DNA of 32,000 nt from an uncultured Chloroflexia bacterium (GTDB lineage: Bacteria; Chloroflexota; Anaerolineae; Anaerolineales; UBA11858): assembly GCA_963824175.1 (NCBI GenBank), contig CAWGOD010000005.1:138909-170908 (forward strand), given 5' to 3'. Made by a program: the position numbers and the translations under genes. The notes below the pieces were generated by a model. It searched no databases, had not been told where the DNA came from, and saw only the letters and a program-made list of their open reading frames with translations. This document shows positions 29,478-32,000 of this stretch, in pieces. The stretch's first letter is position 1; each line of letters begins with the position of its first letter.

Positions 29478-31134
29478 ATGGCTAAAGTTACGGTCGTATA
29501 TGGCACAGAAATTAAAACTGTCCAGGCAGAGGAAGGAGAAATTCTTGGTGATGTTGTTGCCAGAACAGGTCTGCCCCTGGAACAACCTTGTGCTGGGCGT
29601 GGAACATGTGGCAAGTGCAAGGTGTTGGTCGAAGAAGGAACAGCACCTCCTGATGAAATAGAATTAAAGAATCTAACCGCGGGAGAAATCGCCCTTAATA
29701 ATCGCCTGGCCTGCCGGGCCCGGGTCCAGGGGGAAACACGCATTATGCTCTCCCCCATCGTTGTGTACTCCAATAAGATATTCCGGGGAAGCAGCCGCTA
29801 TAAAAAAGAAACCGACATTCCCTTGGGTTTGGCTATTGACCTCGGATCAACAACCGTGGCTGCCTTCCTGACCTGCTTGGACAATGGCGAGGTTGCCGCG
29901 GGAGGCGGGGGTCTCAACCAACAAACAGTCTTTGGTTCAGATGTGATTTCTCGCCTGGCATCTGCCCTGGACGATGATCAGAATAAAAGACGTCTCCACC
30001 GCCTGGCATTGGCATCTATAATCCAGGCCGTTGATTCCCTGAACCTTCCTGATAAAATTTGGCAGCGTATTCAGCAGGTGACCATTGTTGGTAATGTTGC
30101 CATGCACCACCTGCTGACAGAAATGCCACTGGAAAAACTGGCTTATATCCCCTTCCAACCCCACGACAGTGCTCCCATCAAAGACGCCAGCAGCCTTGCT
30201 GGATGGTATATTCCCGGAGCATGTAAAGGTATCCCTTCCTCCGCTTATTGGTGGATTTGTGGGCTCAGATGCCCTGGCCTGCTTGGCCTATTTTGGATAC
30301 GATCAGCCGGAAGGACCCCAACTGGCCATTGACCTGGGCACGAACGGAGAAGTGATGGTCACCGATGGGGAGCGCATCCTCACCGCATCGACTGCAGCCG
30401 GCCCGGCTTTTGAGGGTGTAAATATATCCTGCGGCTCCCGGGCTGTGGATGGTGCAATTACTGACCTCACATTAGAGAACGGAGAGGTTAAACTGTCAAC
30501 TATCGCCGACGCCGATCCTGTTGGATTAACAGGATCCGGTTTGCTGGCAGCTATCGCAGCTTTCCGTCGGGTGGGCTTGATTGAGGAATCAGGAAGAATT
30601 AATCCCGAATGTGAATCATTGGCTGAAAAACTTCGGAATGGAAAGGCAGATCAGGCAGAATCTGACCTGGACAGTGGAAACATTCCCCAACCTTGTCTGG
30701 ATTATCTTCAGAAAATCAGCCAAGACGATAAAGGGAGCCGCCGCATTCAGCTAGCAGAAGATCAGGACCTGTACCTCTCTCAGCTGGATATCCGCGAGCT
30801 TCAAAAAGCCAAGGGGGCTATCCGGGCCGCTGTGGATGTCCTGCTGGCCAACCTCAATCTCAAACCTGAGGATTTAACCCGGGTGATCCTGACCGGATCT
30901 TTTGGCGGCCAGGTGGATATCCAATCAATATTGGATATAGGGATGATACCCCCTGTTAAAATAGAAATTGTAGAAACAGTAGCCAACGGAGCTGGTTTCG
31001 GCGCAGCCATGTTCCTGACCGAGGATGGATTTGCCCTGGGGGAAAAACTGGCCCAGAAGGCAGAACAAATCGACCTGGATACTGATGCAAATTTCCAGCA
31101 GTTTTATATCGAAGGCATGAAGCTAGCACCCTAG
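29478..31134 (+). CDS. RACE-type reductive activator of corrinoid enzymes (2Fe-2S ferredoxin + ASKHA/DUF4445), one frameshift as written
   Basis: The N-terminus has the plant-type ferredoxin pattern CAGRGTCGKC...LACRA. The ASKHA motifs are LGLAIDLGSTTVAAF and LAIDLGTNGEVMV, then AAGPAFEG. The frames run 0>1, with the break near 30200. Confidence 0.8.
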
Positions 31135-31186
31135 AAATTCAAGCGAGGTATTATTGACCCCCACAGGAAAGACTCTATCCAGCAGG

Positions 31187-32000
31187 ATGTTAGGTATTCT
31201 ACTGGTTATATCAGCGACAATTTGCTGGTCGACATCCGGTATCTTTATTAACCTGATTATCCGGAGAAGCGGACTATCCGCTGTTGGATTAGCTTTCTGG
31301 CGTGATTTAGCCACTGCAGTGATTCTGTTGGCCTGCATTCTGGTCATCAAACCAAAACTACTCCTGGTTAAGATTAAAGACCTGCCCTGGTTGATCGGCA
31401 TGGGCGCTATCAGCATTGGTATATTCCATGTGTTCTGGAATAAAGCCGTGGTCATGATCGGAGCATCGCTAGCAACCGTAGTGCAGTGCAACGCTCCCAT
31501 ATTTGTCACCATCATGGCCTGGTTCTTGTTTGGCGAAAAGATCACTTCCCGTAAAATTATCGCTGTGATCCTTGCAGCCGCGGGCACTATCCTGGTTTCG
31601 GGGATCAGCAGTGCCGGTGACTGGAAAATTGTCCCCATCGGCCTGATAATTGCCCTTGGCTCCGCTATCACTTATGGATCACTAAGCCTGTTCGGAAAGA
31701 AGCTCAGCGGAGATTATAACGCCTGGACAATCATGTTTTATATTTTTACCTTCGGCACACTGACCTTATTTTTGGTCCAGCTTGGTCAACCTGACCCATG
31801 GCCAGCAAAAACTGATTTTTTGCCCCTTTTTTCCGGGTTTGTTTTGTTTTCCACAATTTTGGGTTTTGGTCTCTACACCAGCGCCTTGAAACTGCTACCT
31901 GCCAGCGTCGCGTCAATTACAGCCACATCAGAAATCTTCTTTGCATCCATCCTGGCCTATATTTTCCTCCAGGAGCGCATGGACCTGTGGCAGGTGTTTG
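31187..32000 (+). CDS. EamA/DMT-family transporter (C-terminus beyond the window)
   Basis: Absent from the ORF track (edge-truncated). ATG 31187 opens MLGILLVISATICWSTSGIFINLIIR...FWRDLATAVILLAC...NAPIFVTIMAWFLFGEKITSRKIIAVILAAAGTILVSG..., which is open to position 32000. The listed minus ORF 31123-31671 is its antisense shadow. Confidence 0.85.
   Translation, partial: MLGILLVISATICWSTSGIFINLIIRRSGLSAVGLAFWRDLATAVILLACILVIKPKLLLVKIKDLPWLIGMGAISIGIFHVFWNKAVVMIGASLATVVQCNAPIFVTIMAWFLFGEKITSRKIIAVILAAAGTILVSGISSAGDWKIVPIGLIIALGSAITYGSLSLFGKKLSGDYNAWTIMFYIFTFGTLTLFLVQLGQPDPWPAKTDFLPLFSGFVLFSTILGFGLYTSALKLLPASVASITATSEIFFASILAYIFLQERMDLWQVF

Noticed and set aside
14071-30300. Programmed ribosomal frameshifting or an alternative genetic code as the explanation for the broken ORFs.
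   Set aside because: The breaks go in both directions, occur in every gene family of the island, and share no slippery heptamer or downstream structure that I could see. The flanking genes read normally with the standard code.
1-32000. CRISPR arrays, tRNA/rRNA genes, transposases or integrases, and toxin-antitoxin pairs.
   Set aside because: Reading through the intergenic regions, I recognised no regularly spaced direct repeats, no cloverleaf-like segments, and no ORFs with DDE, tyrosine-recombinase or serine-recombinase motifs. This was not a computational scan.

Overview
Bacterial chromosomal window (type-A RNase P RNA, AAGGAGG-type ribosome-binding sites). All family calls come from hand translation and motif recognition; no searches were run. 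The window looks like a mosaic of three compositional zones, judged only from spot GC counts of single 60-nt lines.

(1) 1-7.3 kb, mid-40s %GC: mostly intact core genes. These are an edge-truncated HD hydrolase, a tiny membrane ORF, hutI, an atypical OmpR-type regulator, an orphan beta-class DNA methyltransferase, argS, rpsT and rnpB.

(2) 7.35-12.5 kb, starting with a mid/high-30s %GC stretch directly 3' of rnpB: three co-directional genes. Gene A is an HD phosphohydrolase with a tandem RyR-repeat tail. Gene B is a channel-like membrane protein with two TrkA-N/RCK Rossmann domains and the same RyR tail. Gene C is a TIR - TM - lectin-fold protein. I do not recognise this combination as any named defence or signalling system, and it is my top candidate for an undescribed NAD-signal-based conflict system.

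(3) 12.6-31.1 kb, low/mid-50s %GC: a corrinoid-dependent methyl-transfer island. It holds a stand-alone homocysteine S-methyltransferase, a Liv/HAAT-type ABC importer, three divergent non-pyrrolysine MttB-family methyltransferases, two corrinoid proteins, a pterin-binding methyl-corrinoid:THF methyltransferase, two GntR regulators, a hydantoinase-like ASKHA protein and a 2Fe-2S RACE-type corrinoid activator. A partial EamA transporter follows.

As written, almost every gene between 14.0 and 30.3 kb is broken by frameshifts, roughly 45-50 by my hand tracking, plus one nonsense codon. The first 13.5 kb has only three breaks. This is either real decay of the whole island or localised assembly or indel error; the sequence alone cannot decide.

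I recognised no CRISPR array, tRNA, rRNA, transposase or integrase.
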